Source of the DNA: an uncultured Actinomycetota bacterium
GTDB lineage: Bacteria > Actinomycetota > Actinomycetes > JACCUZ01
Reading direction: 5' to 3'
NCBI GenBank assembly: GCA_963807005.1
Contig: CAWDZK010000001.1
Coordinates: 1,072,337-1,136,336 of the forward strand
DNA length: 64,000 nt
The notes below the pieces were generated by a model. The model was not told the DNA's origin. It made no database searches and saw only the letters and a list, made by a program, of their open reading frames with translations. Position 1 is the first letter of the stretch. Every line of letters starts with the position of its first letter. This document shows, in pieces, positions 9,634-19,298 of this stretch. Made by a program: the position numbers and the translations under genes.

Positions 9634-10389
9634 GTGTCCATCGGCACGACCCTCGCGCAGGCGCGGGAGTCTGCCGGGCTCAGCGTGGACGAGGTCGCTC
9701 ACGCGACCCGGATCCGACGTACCCTCCTGCTCGGCATCGAGAACGACGACTTCTCCGCCTGCGGCGGCGACTTCTACGCCCGCGGGCACGTCCGCACGCT
9801 CGCGACGAAGCTCGGCGTCGACCCGGCTCCTCTGCTGGTGGAGTTCGACGCCGCCCGGCCGCCGGAGTCCCCCCGGACCACAGACGTCTTCGAGCCGGAG
9901 CGGGTGCGGCCGGAGCGGCGGGGTCCCAACTGGAGCGCAGCGATGGCCGCGGCCCTGGTGCTCGTCGTCGTGTTCGGGATCGTGCAGGCCTTCAGCGGCG
10001 GCAGCCAGGACCAGCCGCGGTTGAGCGGCGGCGGACCAGCGCAGACCGGTTCCCCCTCCGCGCCGGCGTCCGGCTCGCCCAACCCCACCCCGACCGGCGA
10101 CGGCGGCAGCGCCGTGGCCCAGGCACCCCGCGGCAAGGTGACGGTCGAGGTGAGCGCCACGGAGAAGAGCTGGGTGCAGGTGACCACGGGCACCGGGCAG
10201 GAGCTGTACCAGGGGCTGATGGAATCCGGCACCAGCAAGTCGTTCTCCGACAAGCAGCAGCTGCGGCTCGTGGTCGGCAACGCCGGCGGCGTCGAGCTCA
10301 CCGTGAACGGCACCGGGATCGGCGCGCCCGGGCGGCGCGGGCAGGTCGCCCGGCTGCAGTTCACCCCCCAGGACCCAGCCGGCGCCTGA
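9634..10389 (+). CDS. rodZ: RodZ-like HTH / TM / DUF4115 protein
   Basis: IGTTLAQARE..GLSVDEVA, GGDFYARGHVR, one TM helix, SWVQV..GNAGGVELTVNG; lies between ftsK and rimO. Confidence 0.85.
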   Translation: MSIGTTLAQARESAGLSVDEVAHATRIRRTLLLGIENDDFSACGGDFYARGHVRTLATKLGVDPAPLLVEFDAARPPESPRTTDVFEPERVRPERRGPNWSAAMAAALVLVVVFGIVQAFSGGSQDQPRLSGGGPAQTGSPSAPASGSPNPTPTGDGGSAVAQAPRGKVTVEVSATEKSWVQVTTGTGQELYQGLMESGTSKSFSDKQQLRLVVGNAGGVELTVNGTGIGAPGRRGQVARLQFTPQDPAGA

Positions 10390-10425
10390 CGAGCCCGCCC
10401 GGGCGCGCCAACTAGGCTGCGGGGC

Positions 10426-11865
10426 ATGGCCCCCTCGTCCGGCCGGCGCGTCGCGCTGGTCACGCTCGGCTGCGGCCGCAACGAGGTCGACTCCGAGGAG
10501 CTGGCCGGGCGGCTCGCCGCCGACGGCTGGCTGCTGGTCGCCGAGGCGGCTGACGCGGACGTGGCCGTCGTCAACACCTGCGGCTTCGTCGAGGCGGCCA
10601 AGAAGGACTCCATCGACACCCTGCTGGCGGCCGCGGACCTCAAGGGCAGCAGCCGGACCCAGGCCGTCGTCGCGGTCGGGTGCCTCGCTGAGCGGTACGG
10701 CGACCAGCTCGCCGCGTCGATGCCCGAGACCGACGCCGTCCTCGGCTTCGACGACTACGCCGACATCTCCGGCCGGCTGCAGTCGATCCTCGCCGGCGAG
10801 GCGCACGTCCCGCACGTGCCACGGGACCGGCGCCGGCTGCTCCCGCTCGCGCCGGCCGACCGCGCCGCAGCCAGGCCCGCGCCGGCACCCGAGGTGTCCC
10901 GTCCCGACCTCCCCGAAGGGCTGGCGCCGGCCGCCGGCCCCCGGCCGGTTCGGATGCGGCTCGGTGACGGCCCGACCGCGGCCCTCAAGCTGGCCAGCGG
11001 CTGCGACCGGCGCTGCTCGTTCTGCGCGATCCCGACCTTCCGCGGCGCCTTCGTGTCCCGCCGGCCGGCAGACGTCCTCGCCGAGGCGGCCTGGCTGGCC
11101 GAGCAGGGCGTCCGCGAGCTGGTGCTGGTCAGCGAGAACTCCACGTCGTACGGCAAGGACCTCGGCGACCTGCGGCTGCTGGAGACCCTGCTGCCCGAGC
11201 TGACCTCGGTCCCCGGGGTCGCCCGGGTCCGCGTCAGCTATCTCCAACCGGCGGAGATGCGCCCCGGGCTGGTCACCGCGATGACCTCCACCCCCGGCGT
11301 CGCGCCGTACTTCGACCTGTCGTTCCAGCACAGCAGTGCTCCGGTGCTGCGCCGGATGCGACGCTTCGGGGACACCGACCGGTTCCTGGAGCTGGTGGCC
11401 TCCGTCCGCGCCGCGTCGCCCGAGGCGGGACTGCGGTCCAACGTGATCGTCGGCTTCCCCGGCGAGACCGAGGACGACCTCGCCGAGCTGGAGCGGTTCC
11501 TCACCGAGGCGCGCCTCGACGTGGTGGGGGTGTTCGGCTACTCCGACGAGGACGGCACCGAGGCCGCGACGCTCGACGGTGCGCTCTCCGAGGACGTCGT
11601 GCACGACCGGGTCGAGCGCCTCACCGCGCTGACGGACGAGCTGGTCGCGCAGCGCGCCGAGGAACGGGTCGGGCAGACGGTGGAGGTGCTGGTCGAGGAG
11701 GTCGACCCGGTCGGCGGCACCGCCGAGGGCCGCGCCGCGCACCAGGGCCCGGAGGTCGACGGCAGCACCACGCTGCTCGACGCCGCCGGACTGCAGGTCG
11801 GTGCCCTGGTGACGGCGACCGTGGTCGGGTCGGAAGGGGCCGACCTGGTGGCCCGGCGCTCGTGA
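10426..11865 (+). CDS. rimO: Ribosomal protein S12 methylthiotransferase
   Basis: [19 protein letters not shown], radical [20 protein letters not shown]-terminal TRAM with PEVDG. Confidence 0.95.
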   Translation: MAPSSGRRVALVTLGCGRNEVDSEELAGRLAADGWLLVAEAADADVAVVNTCGFVEAAKKDSIDTLLAAADLKGSSRTQAVVAVGCLAERYGDQLAASMPETDAVLGFDDYADISGRLQSILAGEAHVPHVPRDRRRLLPLAPADRAAARPAPAPEVSRPDLPEGLAPAAGPRPVRMRLGDGPTAALKLASGCDRRCSFCAIPTFRGAFVSRRPADVLAEAAWLAEQGVRELVLVSENSTSYGKDLGDLRLLETLLPELTSVPGVARVRVSYLQPAEMRPGLVTAMTSTPGVAPYFDLSFQHSSAPVLRRMRRFGDTDRFLELVASVRAASPEAGLRSNVIVGFPGETEDDLAELERFLTEARLDVVGVFGYSDEDGTEAATLDGALSEDVVHDRVERLTALTDELVAQRAEERVGQTVEVLVEEVDPVGGTAEGRAAHQGPEVDGSTTLLDAAGLQVGALVTATVVGSEGADLVARRS

Positions 11866-12497
11866 CCGACCCCCTGCCGTCGGTCCCGGCGCAGCCGCAG
11901 GCCAGCGCGTGGAACGTCGCCAACGCCCTGACCGTGCTACGGCTGGCGCTGGTCCCGGTCTTCCTCGCGGCGCTGTTCGTCGAGGACGGTCAGGACGCCG
12001 GCTGGCGGGTGGTCGCCTGGGTCGCCTTCGCCGTCGCCTCGGTGACCGACCGGGTCGACGGTGAGATCGCGCGCAAGCGGGGGCTGGTGACCGACTTCGG
12101 CAAGATCGCCGACCCGATCGCCGACAAGGCGCTCATCGGGGCCGCGCTGGTGGGGCTCTCGCTGCTCGACGAGCTGCCCTGGTGGGTCACGGTGCTCGTG
12201 CTGGTGCGTGAGGTCGGGGTCACGGCGCTCCGGTTCGTCGTGATCCGGCACGGGGTGATGCCGGCCAGCCGCGGTGGCAAGCTCAAGACCCTGCTGCAGG
12301 CGGTCGGCATCGGCCTGCTCGTGCTCCCGCTCGGCGGTGTCCTGCACGCGGTCGCCCTGCTCGTCATGTACGTCGCCGTGGTGGTCACCGTCGTCACCGG
12401 GGCCGACTACGTGCAGCGCGCTCTCCGGCTGCGGCGGACCTCCGACCGGACGGCGCGCCAGCGGGCCCGACGGGCGGGCCGACCGGGCCGCTCGTGA
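11862..12497 (+). CDS. pgsA: CDP-diacylglycerol--glycerol-3-phosphate 3-phosphatidyltransferase
   Basis: [41 protein letters not shown]. Confidence 0.95.
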   Translation: MTDPLPSVPAQPQASAWNVANALTVLRLALVPVFLAALFVEDGQDAGWRVVAWVAFAVASVTDRVDGEIARKRGLVTDFGKIADPIADKALIGAALVGLSLLDELPWWVTVLVLVREVGVTALRFVVIRHGVMPASRGGKLKTLLQAVGIGLLVLPLGGVLHAVALLVMYVAVVVTVVTGADYVQRALRLRRTSDRTARQRARRAGRPGRS

Positions 12498-13006
12498 CGC
12501 CGGACCCGGCTGCGGTCGAGCTCGCGCGGCAGGTGCACGACGCGCTCCTGTCCCGCGGCGAGACCGTCGCTGTGGCCGAGTCGCTCACCGGCGGCCTGCT
12601 CGGCGCCACGATCACCGCGGTGCCCGGGGTGTCCGCGACCTTCCGCGGCGGAGTCGTCGCCTACGCCACCGACGTGAAGTCCTCGGTGCTCGGCGTCGAC
12701 GCCGAGGCTCTCGCCCTGAGCGGTCCGGTCGACCGGGTCGTGGCGGGGAACATGGCCTCGGGTGTCCGGATCCTGCTGCAGGCGTCGTACGGGCTCGCGA
12801 CGACGGGTGTCGCCGGCCCGGACCCGCAGGACGGTCACCCCCCGGGGGAGGTCCACCTGGGGCTGGCGGGTGGGGGACGCCGGCGGCTGCGCGTCCGGTC
12901 GCTGCAGCTCGAGGGCGACCGGGCCGGGATCCGGGCGGCGGCCGTCGTCGCCGCCCTCGCCTTCCTGCGCGACACCCTGGCCGAGGACCGGGACGCAGCA
13001 GGATGA
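12494..13006 (+). CDS. cinA: CinA C-terminal domain / NMN deamidase (PncC-like)
   Basis: [34 protein letters not shown]. Confidence 0.9.
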   Translation: MTPDPAAVELARQVHDALLSRGETVAVAESLTGGLLGATITAVPGVSATFRGGVVAYATDVKSSVLGVDAEALALSGPVDRVVAGNMASGVRILLQASYGLATTGVAGPDPQDGHPPGEVHLGLAGGGRRRLRVRSLQLEGDRAGIRAAAVVAALAFLRDTLAEDRDAAG

Positions 13007-13113
13007 TTACAGCGTTACACTTGGCGGTCCCGGTGGGCGCGGGTCGCGCGGCCCGCCTGTCCGCAGCACCGGCTACGGTGATCACCGACCGGACCGAGAA
13101 GGAGGGAACCGCG

Positions 13114-13428
13114 ATGATCCTGCTCCGCCGCCTGCTGGGCGACGTCCTGCGTGAGCGCCGCCAGGAGCAGGGCCGCACCCTGCGCGAGGTGTCCTCCGTC
13201 GCGCGCGTCTCGCTCGGCTACCTGTCCGAGGTCGAGCGCGGGCAGAAGGAAGCCTCCTCCGAGCTGCTCGGCTCGATCTGCGAGGCGCTGGACGTCCCGA
13301 TGTCCGAGCTGCTGCGCGAGGTGAGCGACAACCTCGCCCTCGCCGAGGCCGTGTCCTCGGTCGAGCCGCTCGCGCCGGTCCCGTCGACGGTGCCCTCGTC
13401 GCTGCAGGTCACCGACCTCGCCGCCTGA
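13114..13428 (+). CDS. clgR: XRE-family HTH regulator, ClgR-like
   Basis: [51 protein letters not shown]; conserved position after cinA. Confidence 0.88.
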   Translation: MILLRRLLGDVLRERRQEQGRTLREVSSVARVSLGYLSEVERGQKEASSELLGSICEALDVPMSELLREVSDNLALAEAVSSVEPLAPVPSTVPSSLQVTDLAA

Positions 13429-13508
13429 CCTCCTGACCTGCTGACCGCCTGACCTGACCTCCTGACCTCCGACCTCCCGACCTGCTGACCGCCTGACCCG
13501 CTGACCAC
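13425..13508. repeat. Degenerate 8-bp tandem repeat (CTGACCNN), about 11 units
   Basis: CTGACCTC CTGACCTG CTGACCGC CTGAC CTGACCTC CTGACCTC ... CTGACCCG CTGACCAC, starting at the clgR stop. Confidence 0.9.
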
Positions 13509-13565
13509 CTCCCGCCACCGCGCGACACGGTTCGCCGGTGCCGCGGGCGGGTACCTACCGGCCGT

Positions 13566-13613
13566 CGGACGCCCGTCCACCCCATCGTCAACGGGGGTGT
13601 GGACGGGCGTCCG
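13566..13613. terminator. Hairpin between convergent clgR and nei; likely bidirectional terminator
   Basis: CGGACGCCCGTCCAC / GTGGACGGGCGTCCG perfect 15-bp stem. Confidence 0.7.
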
Positions 13614-13622
13614 CCATCACGG

Positions 13623-14474
13623 CTAGGGCCGGTAGCGGGTCCGGCCGGTCGGACGGTCGTCCCGTCGCGGCGGCGGCCGCGGGTCCGGTGCCGGCCCCGG
13701 CTGGCAGCGCGGGCACCAGTACGCGATCCGCTGGTACGGCGGGGCGCCCTGCTCGGCCGAGACCACGGTGGTGCCGCAGCGCAGGCAGGGGCGGCCCGCC
13801 CGCTCGAACACCCAGTGGTCCTGACCGCGCCGGTCGGTCCCCGTGGTCGTCTGCTGGACGTGCGCCTTGTTGAGGTCGAGCAGCCGGTGCGCCCGCGCCA
13901 CGGCCGCGGCCAGGTCCACCTCGCGCACCGGGGTCCACGGCGAGACGCCCTCCAGGAAGCAGACCTCGGCCTTGTAGAGGTTGCCGATGCCGGCCAGGTT
14001 GCGCTGGTCGAGCAGCGCCTGGCCGAGCTCCCGGTCCGGGTCGGCGGCCAGCCGTCGTACCGCCTCGTCGGGGTCCCAGTCGGGACCCAGCAGGTCCGGA
14101 CCGAGATGCCCGACCGCGTCGGACTCCCGGGTCCGCGGCAGCAGCTCGATGACGGGCAGCCGGTAGCCCACGGCGTCCCACTCGCTCGTGCTCAGCAGCA
14201 GCCGCACCTGCCAGTCCGGCCCCCCGTGCCAGCGGGCTCCCGGCCGGTACAGGTGCCACGACCCGTCCATCCGGAAGTGCGTGTGCAGGGTGAGGTCGTC
14301 GTCCAGCCGGGTCAGCAGGTGCTTGCCGCGGCTGACCACCTCCGTGACGGTGCGACCGGTGAGGTCCACGGTGGCCAGCTGGGGGACCCGGAAGTCCGAA
14401 CGGGTCAGGACGCCGCCGGCCAGGGCCGCGTCCAGGCGGCGTCCGGCCAGCCAGACGGTGTCTCCCTCGGGCAT
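13623..14474 (-). CDS. nei: Fpg/Nei-family DNA glycosylase (Nei2-like)
   Basis: N-terminal MPEGD, RGKHL, HFRMDGSW, LLDQRNLAGIGNLY (H2TH), zinc finger CLRCG..WCPRCQP. Confidence 0.95.
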   Translation of the reverse strand: MPEGDTVWLAGRRLDAALAGGVLTRSDFRVPQLATVDLTGRTVTEVVSRGKHLLTRLDDDLTLHTHFRMDGSWHLYRPGARWHGGPDWQVRLLLSTSEWDAVGYRLPVIELLPRTRESDAVGHLGPDLLGPDWDPDEAVRRLAADPDRELGQALLDQRNLAGIGNLYKAEVCFLEGVSPWTPVREVDLAAAVARAHRLLDLNKAHVQQTTTGTDRRGQDHWVFERAGRPCLRCGTTVVSAEQGAPPYQRIAYWCPRCQPGPAPDPRPPPRRDDRPTGRTRYRP

Positions 14475-14539
14475 GGTGTGAGCATCGTCTCCCGCGGGCG
14501 GGGGAAGACACCCGTGGGGTCCACCTGTTCGACAAGGAG

Positions 14540-15094
14540 ATGAGCCTCCTGTCCCGTACCGCAGAGCCGGTCACCGTCACGGTGGCGCGGCGCGTCGCCG
14601 CGGGCCGCGAGCACGAGTTCGAGCAGTGGTACGACGGCATCATCGGCGCCGCCGGCCGCTTCCCGGGCTTCCTGGGCTCCGGCGTCCTGCGCCCGCACAC
14701 GGCCGAGCAGGACTGGCACGTGGTCTACCGGTTCGCCGACCCCGCCTCGCTCAGCCGCTGGGAGCAGTCGCCGGAGCGGGCCGAGTGGCTGCGCCGGGCC
14801 GACGACCTGGCCGAGGAGACCGGGGTCCGTCAGGTCACGGGTCTGGAGACCTGGTTCGCGATGCCGGGGCGGACCGCCCCGGCGCCGCCGAAGTGGAAGA
14901 TGGCCCTGGTCACCCTGGCGGCCATCGTGCCCCTGGTGCTGCTGATGAACATCCTGGTCGTGCCGCACCTCGCCGGCTGGCCGCTGGTCGCCCGCGCCCT
15001 CGTGTTCTCCGGGACCCTCACCGGGCTGATGACCTGGGTCGTGATGCCCCGGATCACCCGGTTGTTCCGCCGCTTCCTCTACGGTGGTCGCTGA
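14540..15094 (+). CDS. Antibiotic biosynthesis monooxygenase (ABM)-domain membrane protein
   Basis: VTVTVARRV..FEQW, FPGFLG, WEQSPERAEW, GLETWF, PPKWKMAL plus two C-terminal TM helices; RBS AAGGAG. Confidence 0.8.
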   Translation: MSLLSRTAEPVTVTVARRVAAGREHEFEQWYDGIIGAAGRFPGFLGSGVLRPHTAEQDWHVVYRFADPASLSRWEQSPERAEWLRRADDLAEETGVRQVTGLETWFAMPGRTAPAPPKWKMALVTLAAIVPLVLLMNILVVPHLAGWPLVARALVFSGTLTGLMTWVVMPRITRLFRRFLYGGR

Positions 15095-15131
15095 CCGGTC
15101 GTCCCGACCGGCCCGAGGCCCGGAGGGCGCA

Positions 15132-15434
15132 GTGTTCGGTGGTGTCGAGGTCCTCCTCGTGGCGTTCTTCGTGCTGTTCGTGCTGATGTTCGTCGGCGTG
15201 GTGTTCTTCATGGTGACCGCGGCCGCCCGCAGCAAGCGCGCGCTGGAGGCCGGCGGGCTCGACCCGTTGGCGGCGCAGGCCCAGCTGGCCGCTCGCGCGG
15301 CCAACAGCGACCTGCTGGCACCGCGTCGCCCTCTGGAGGAGCGGCTGCGTGAGCTCGACGACCTGCATTCGCGCGGCGTGATCTCCGAGGACGAGCACGC
15401 CACGGCCCGGGCCAGGGCTCTCGCCGAGGGCTGA
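15132..15434 (+). CDS. Small membrane protein with C-terminal SHOCT domain
   Basis: N-terminal TM helix; ERLRELDDLHSRGVISEDEHATARARAL; RBS GGAGGG. Confidence 0.8.
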   Translation: MFGGVEVLLVAFFVLFVLMFVGVVFFMVTAAARSKRALEAGGLDPLAAQAQLAARAANSDLLAPRRPLEERLRELDDLHSRGVISEDEHATARARALAEG

Positions 15435-15441
15435 CCCCAGC

Positions 15442-15521
15442 CCGGCACGGACGACGGCACAACACCTCGTCCGCGGCTCCCGCGCAGCGCTCCGCTCCGT
15501 TGCGCCGTCGTTGGTGTCCGG
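15442..15521. repeat. Family-2 fixed-spacer inverted repeat, copy A
   Basis: ACGACGG 15451-15457 ... CCGTCGT 15505-15511 (47-nt gap); arms CCGGCACGGACGACGGCACAAC / GTTGCGCCGTCGTTGGTGTCCGG. Confidence 0.8.
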
Positions 15522-15561
15522 AGATTCGCAACAACCGTTCCGTAGGACGGGGGTTGCCCGC

Positions 15562-17097
15562 GTGCGGCCGCCCTGGTTGGTTGATCCCGTGCCGGACCCG
15601 GGGGAGCAGCCGAGCGTTGCCAGCGCGGACGAGGCCCGGGAGTTCGCGCGGGCCTACCGCGAGTTCCTCGAATGGGTCCATCAGGGCACGGCGGGGGAAC
15701 GCGACAACCCGGTGGCGGCGCTGGTCCAAGACCACCTCGGTGCCGGTGCCGGGCTGTCGGTCCTGACCCACGAGCTGCCGCCGTTCGAGCACGTCAACGT
15801 GCAGACCGCGCTCGACGCGTGGGCTGCGGAGGACGGCCGCACCGTCGCCGTGCACGGCATCTCCGTCCCGCCGCACTACGAGGCACCCACCCTGCAGCAC
15901 CTCGTGCTCGGCGAGGCCCTCGGGCCGGTCCGCTCCTCCGCACCCGACCTGGTCGACCTGCCGTCCGGGCCGGGACGGACGACGGCCTGCCTGCGCCGCG
16001 CCGTCCTGCTGGTCGACGACGCCCGGGGACGGTACGCCGTGATGATCCGGGTCCCCGACCGGCACGGCGAGCCGGTCCTGTCGCTCGAGGTCGCCGGCCT
16101 GCCCACGGCCGTCGCGCAGGGGGTGCTCCGCGAGCTGGCCGAGCTCCGGCTGCGGCTCAACGTCTACCGCGGGCAGGTGGTGGAGCTGGTACCCGGCCCC
16201 CAGGGCATGACCATGGTGTTCCCGGTGCTGGCCGTCACCCGTCGGGACGACGTCGTCCTGCCCGAGCCCACGCTCCGCCGGGTCGAGCGCCACACGCTCG
16301 ACGTCGTCGCCCATCGCGACGCCCTGCGCCAGGCCGGTCAGCACCTCAAGCGCGGCCTGCTGCTCTTCGGTCCGCCGGGCACGGGCAAGACGCACACCAC
16401 CCGCTACCTGGTGCAGCAGCTCTCCGGCGCCACCGTGCTCATGCTGTCGGGCCAGTCTCTGCACGCCGTCGGCGCGGTCACCCAGCTGGCCCGGGACCTC
16501 CAGCCGGCGGTGATCGTGCTCGAGGACGTCGACCTGGTCGCGGAGGACCGGGGCTACGGGCCCGGGCCGAGCCCGGTGCTGTTCACCCTGCTGGACGCGA
16601 TGGACGGTGCCGCCGAGGACGCCGACCTGCTCTTCCTGCTCACCACCAACCGGGCCGACCTGCTCGAGCCGGCGCTGGCGGCCCGTCCCGGGCGGGTCGA
16701 CGTCGCGGTGGAGATCCCGTTGCCGGACGACGACGGCCGGCGCCGGCTGGTCGAGCTGTACACCCGCGGCCTCGAGGTCGCGATGGACGACGCCGAGCTG
16801 GACGAGGTCGTCGCCCGGATGCAGGGAGTGACCGCCTCGTTCGTCAAGGAGCTGGTCCGTCGGGCGGTGCTGGAGTCGCTCACGCGGGGGAGTGGTCCAG
16901 GCGCACCGCTGACCGTCGACGTCGTCACGGCGGCCCTCGACGACCTGCTCGACGCCGGGCAGGCGGTGACCCGGGCCCTGCTCGGGGCAGGCCCGGTCGA
17001 GGACGTCGGTCGCGCGGCGGGCGGTCATCAGGGTGCCGCCTGGCTCGGCGTCCCGGGCGTGGCCCCCGGCGGCTCGTGGAGGATGGGCTTCGACTGA
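15562..17097 (+). CDS. Stand-alone AAA+ ATPase with uncharacterised N-terminal region
   Basis: KRGLLLFGPPGTGKT, VIVLEDVDLV, TTNR..LEPALAARPGRVD (second region of homology); start uncertain (15511/15562/15589). Confidence 0.85.
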   Translation: MRPPWLVDPVPDPGEQPSVASADEAREFARAYREFLEWVHQGTAGERDNPVAALVQDHLGAGAGLSVLTHELPPFEHVNVQTALDAWAAEDGRTVAVHGISVPPHYEAPTLQHLVLGEALGPVRSSAPDLVDLPSGPGRTTACLRRAVLLVDDARGRYAVMIRVPDRHGEPVLSLEVAGLPTAVAQGVLRELAELRLRLNVYRGQVVELVPGPQGMTMVFPVLAVTRRDDVVLPEPTLRRVERHTLDVVAHRDALRQAGQHLKRGLLLFGPPGTGKTHTTRYLVQQLSGATVLMLSGQSLHAVGAVTQLARDLQPAVIVLEDVDLVAEDRGYGPGPSPVLFTLLDAMDGAAEDADLLFLLTTNRADLLEPALAARPGRVDVAVEIPLPDDDGRRRLVELYTRGLEVAMDDAELDEVVARMQGVTASFVKELVRRAVLESLTRGSGPGAPLTVDVVTAALDDLLDAGQAVTRALLGAGPVEDVGRAAGGHQGAAWLGVPGVAPGGSWRMGFD

Positions 17098-17164
17098 CCT
17101 GTCGCCCTGGGTGGCCGACAACTGATTCGACAATTGTCGGTGTTGTCCGGTTGGCTTCCCGGCC

Positions 17165-17551
17165 GTGAGCATCCGCTGGCAGTGCCTGTGCATCGACGCG
17201 ACCGACCCCGACCCGATCGCCCGCTTCTGGGAGCAGGCGCTGGGCTGGCGTCGTACCTACGACACGCCGGACGAGGTCGTCCTGGAGCCCCCTGCGGGCA
17301 GCCCGGAGGACGGCGTCGCGCCGGACATCCTGGTCCTGCGGGTCCCTGAGCAGAAGACGGTCAAGAACCGGCTGCACATCGACCTGCGCCCGGACGACCA
17401 GGCGGCCGAGGTGGCCCGGCTGGAGGCGCTCGGCGCCACCCGGGTGTCGGTGGGGCAGGGCGAGGACGCCACCTGGGTGGTACTGGCCGACCCGGACGGC
17501 AACGAGTTCTGCGTGCTGCGTGCGCTCACCGCCGAGGAGCTGGCGCAGTGA
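17165..17551 (+). CDS. VOC/glyoxalase-family protein
   Basis: IDATDP..ARFWEQALGW, KTVKNRLHIDL, WVVLADPDGNEFCV. Confidence 0.9.
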   Translation: MSIRWQCLCIDATDPDPIARFWEQALGWRRTYDTPDEVVLEPPAGSPEDGVAPDILVLRVPEQKTVKNRLHIDLRPDDQAAEVARLEALGATRVSVGQGEDATWVVLADPDGNEFCVLRALTAEELAQ

Positions 17552-18516
17552 CCGTCATCGAGGCCAGCGGACTGCGTCGCACCTACCGAACCCGCACCAG
17601 TCCCTGGCGCCGGGCCACCCGGGAGGTCGAGGCCGTCCGCGGCGTCGACTTCGCGGTCGAGCGCGGTGAGCTGTTCGGCCTGCTGGGGCCGAACGGCGCC
17701 GGCAAGACCACGACGATCAAGATGCTCATCACGCTGCTGCTGCCGACGGCCGGCACCGCTCGGGTGCTCGGGCACGACGTGGTCGAGTCGCCACGCGAGG
17801 TGCGCCGCCGGGTGGGGTACGTCTTCGGCGGGGACCGCGGGCTCTACGAGCGGCTGTCCGGGCTGGACAACCTGCGCTACTTCGCCGAGCTGTACGGCGT
17901 GCCGGCCCGGGAGCAGAAGGCGCGCATCGCCGAGCTGCTCGAGCTGGCCGGGCTCACCGGCCGGGAGAAGGAGCGGGTGGAGGGCTACTCCCGCGGGATG
18001 CGGCAGCGGCTGCACATCGCCCGCGGGCTGCTGCACCGGCCCGAGGTGCTGTTCCTCGACGAGCCGTCGATCGGCATCGACCCGGTCGGCGCCCGCGAGC
18101 TGCGCGCCACGGTGGCGAACCTGCGTGCCTCCGGGACCACCATCCTGCTGACCACCCACTACATGTTCGAGGCAGACGAGCTGTGCGACCGGATCGCGGT
18201 GATCGCCGACGGCCGGATCGTGGCCGAGGGGACGCCGTCCGACCTCAAGGGCCGGGTCGGTGAGGGCTCGGTGGTCGAGGTCGAGCTGTTCGGCGCGCCG
18301 AACGGCGCCCTCGAACGGGTCCAGGCGCTGGCCGGCGTGCGGACGGCCCTGATGGAGGAGCGCGGCCAGGTCCAGGTGCTGGTGGTGCGTGCCGAGCCCG
18401 GCGCCGAGGTGACTCAGCCGGTCCTTGCCTGCCTGGACGGCATCGCTCTCGGGCGGGTCTCCACCCGGCAGCCGACGCTCGAGGACGCCTACGTCGAGCT
18501 GGTGGAGTCGGCATGA
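17548..18516 (+). CDS. ABC-2 exporter ATP-binding protein
   Basis: GPNGAGKTT, YSRGMRQR, LFLDEP, TTHYM. Confidence 0.93.
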   Translation: MTVIEASGLRRTYRTRTSPWRRATREVEAVRGVDFAVERGELFGLLGPNGAGKTTTIKMLITLLLPTAGTARVLGHDVVESPREVRRRVGYVFGGDRGLYERLSGLDNLRYFAELYGVPAREQKARIAELLELAGLTGREKERVEGYSRGMRQRLHIARGLLHRPEVLFLDEPSIGIDPVGARELRATVANLRASGTTILLTTHYMFEADELCDRIAVIADGRIVAEGTPSDLKGRVGEGSVVEVELFGAPNGALERVQALAGVRTALMEERGQVQVLVVRAEPGAEVTQPVLACLDGIALGRVSTRQPTLEDAYVELVESA

Positions 18517-19298
18517 CCGCCGGGTCGGCGCACCTGCTGCGCGTGCTCGCGGTGGGCTGGTGGTTCCACCTGAAGATGCTGTCGCGGTCGGCGTTCAACG
18601 GCGTCCTGCAGATCCTCTGGCCGCTGTTCTTCGCCACCATCGCCTTCCTCATGTACGGGCTGGGTGGCGACGACCGCACGCTGCTGTTCGCCTCGATCGG
18701 CGCCAGCGTGATGGGGGTCTGGTCCGCGGTCAGCACGTCGGGCAGCGGAGCGGTCCAGCGCGAACGCTGGCAGGGGACCCTCGAGCTGCTCGTCGCGGCA
18801 CCCGTTCCGCTCGCCGCCGTGCTGCTGCCCATCACCACCGCGATGGCCACGGTCGGGCTCTACGCGATGGCCGCCACCCTGCTCTGGGGTCGGCTGCTGT
18901 TCGGCATCGACGTGACCATCGAGCACCCCTGGCTGTTCGCCCTGTCGGTGCCGGTCACCGTGCTCGCGATCGGCATGCTCGGCTTCCTGCTCAGCGTCAC
19001 GGTGGTCCGCTACCGCAGCGGGTGGGCGCTGGGCAACGCCTTCGAGATGCCGGTCTGGCTGGTCTCCGGCTTCCTGGTGCCGATCAGCATCCTGCCCGAC
19101 TGGGTGCGCCCGATCTCCTGGCTGCTCGCGCCGACCTGGGGGGTCCGGGCCATCCGGGAGTCGGCACTGGGCGGCCAGCCGCTGCCGGACCTGCTGCTGT
19201 GCCTGCTGCTCGGCAGCGCCTACCTGGCCATCGGCGTCCTGGCGGCCGGCGGCATCCTGCGCTCGGCCCGCCGCAACGCGACCCTGTCGCTGTCATGA
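18513..19298 (+). CDS. ABC-2 exporter permease
   Basis: Multiple TM helices, ERWQGTLELL, LVSGFLVPISILPDW. Confidence 0.88.
   Translation: MTAGSAHLLRVLAVGWWFHLKMLSRSAFNGVLQILWPLFFATIAFLMYGLGGDDRTLLFASIGASVMGVWSAVSTSGSGAVQRERWQGTLELLVAAPVPLAAVLLPITTAMATVGLYAMAATLLWGRLLFGIDVTIEHPWLFALSVPVTVLAIGMLGFLLSVTVVRYRSGWALGNAFEMPVWLVSGFLVPISILPDWVRPISWLLAPTWGVRAIRESALGGQPLPDLLLCLLLGSAYLAIGVLAAGGILRSARRNATLSLS

Noticed and set aside
13425..13508. CTGACC array as a CRISPR or iteron array
   Set aside because: 8-nt period with no unique spacers and no rep or cas gene nearby
14517..14532. Possible LexA box between nei and the ABM gene (CACCTGTTCGA, sharing 10 nt with the recA box)
   Set aside because: Only the right half-site matches; the left half GGGTCC deviates too far from TCGAAC
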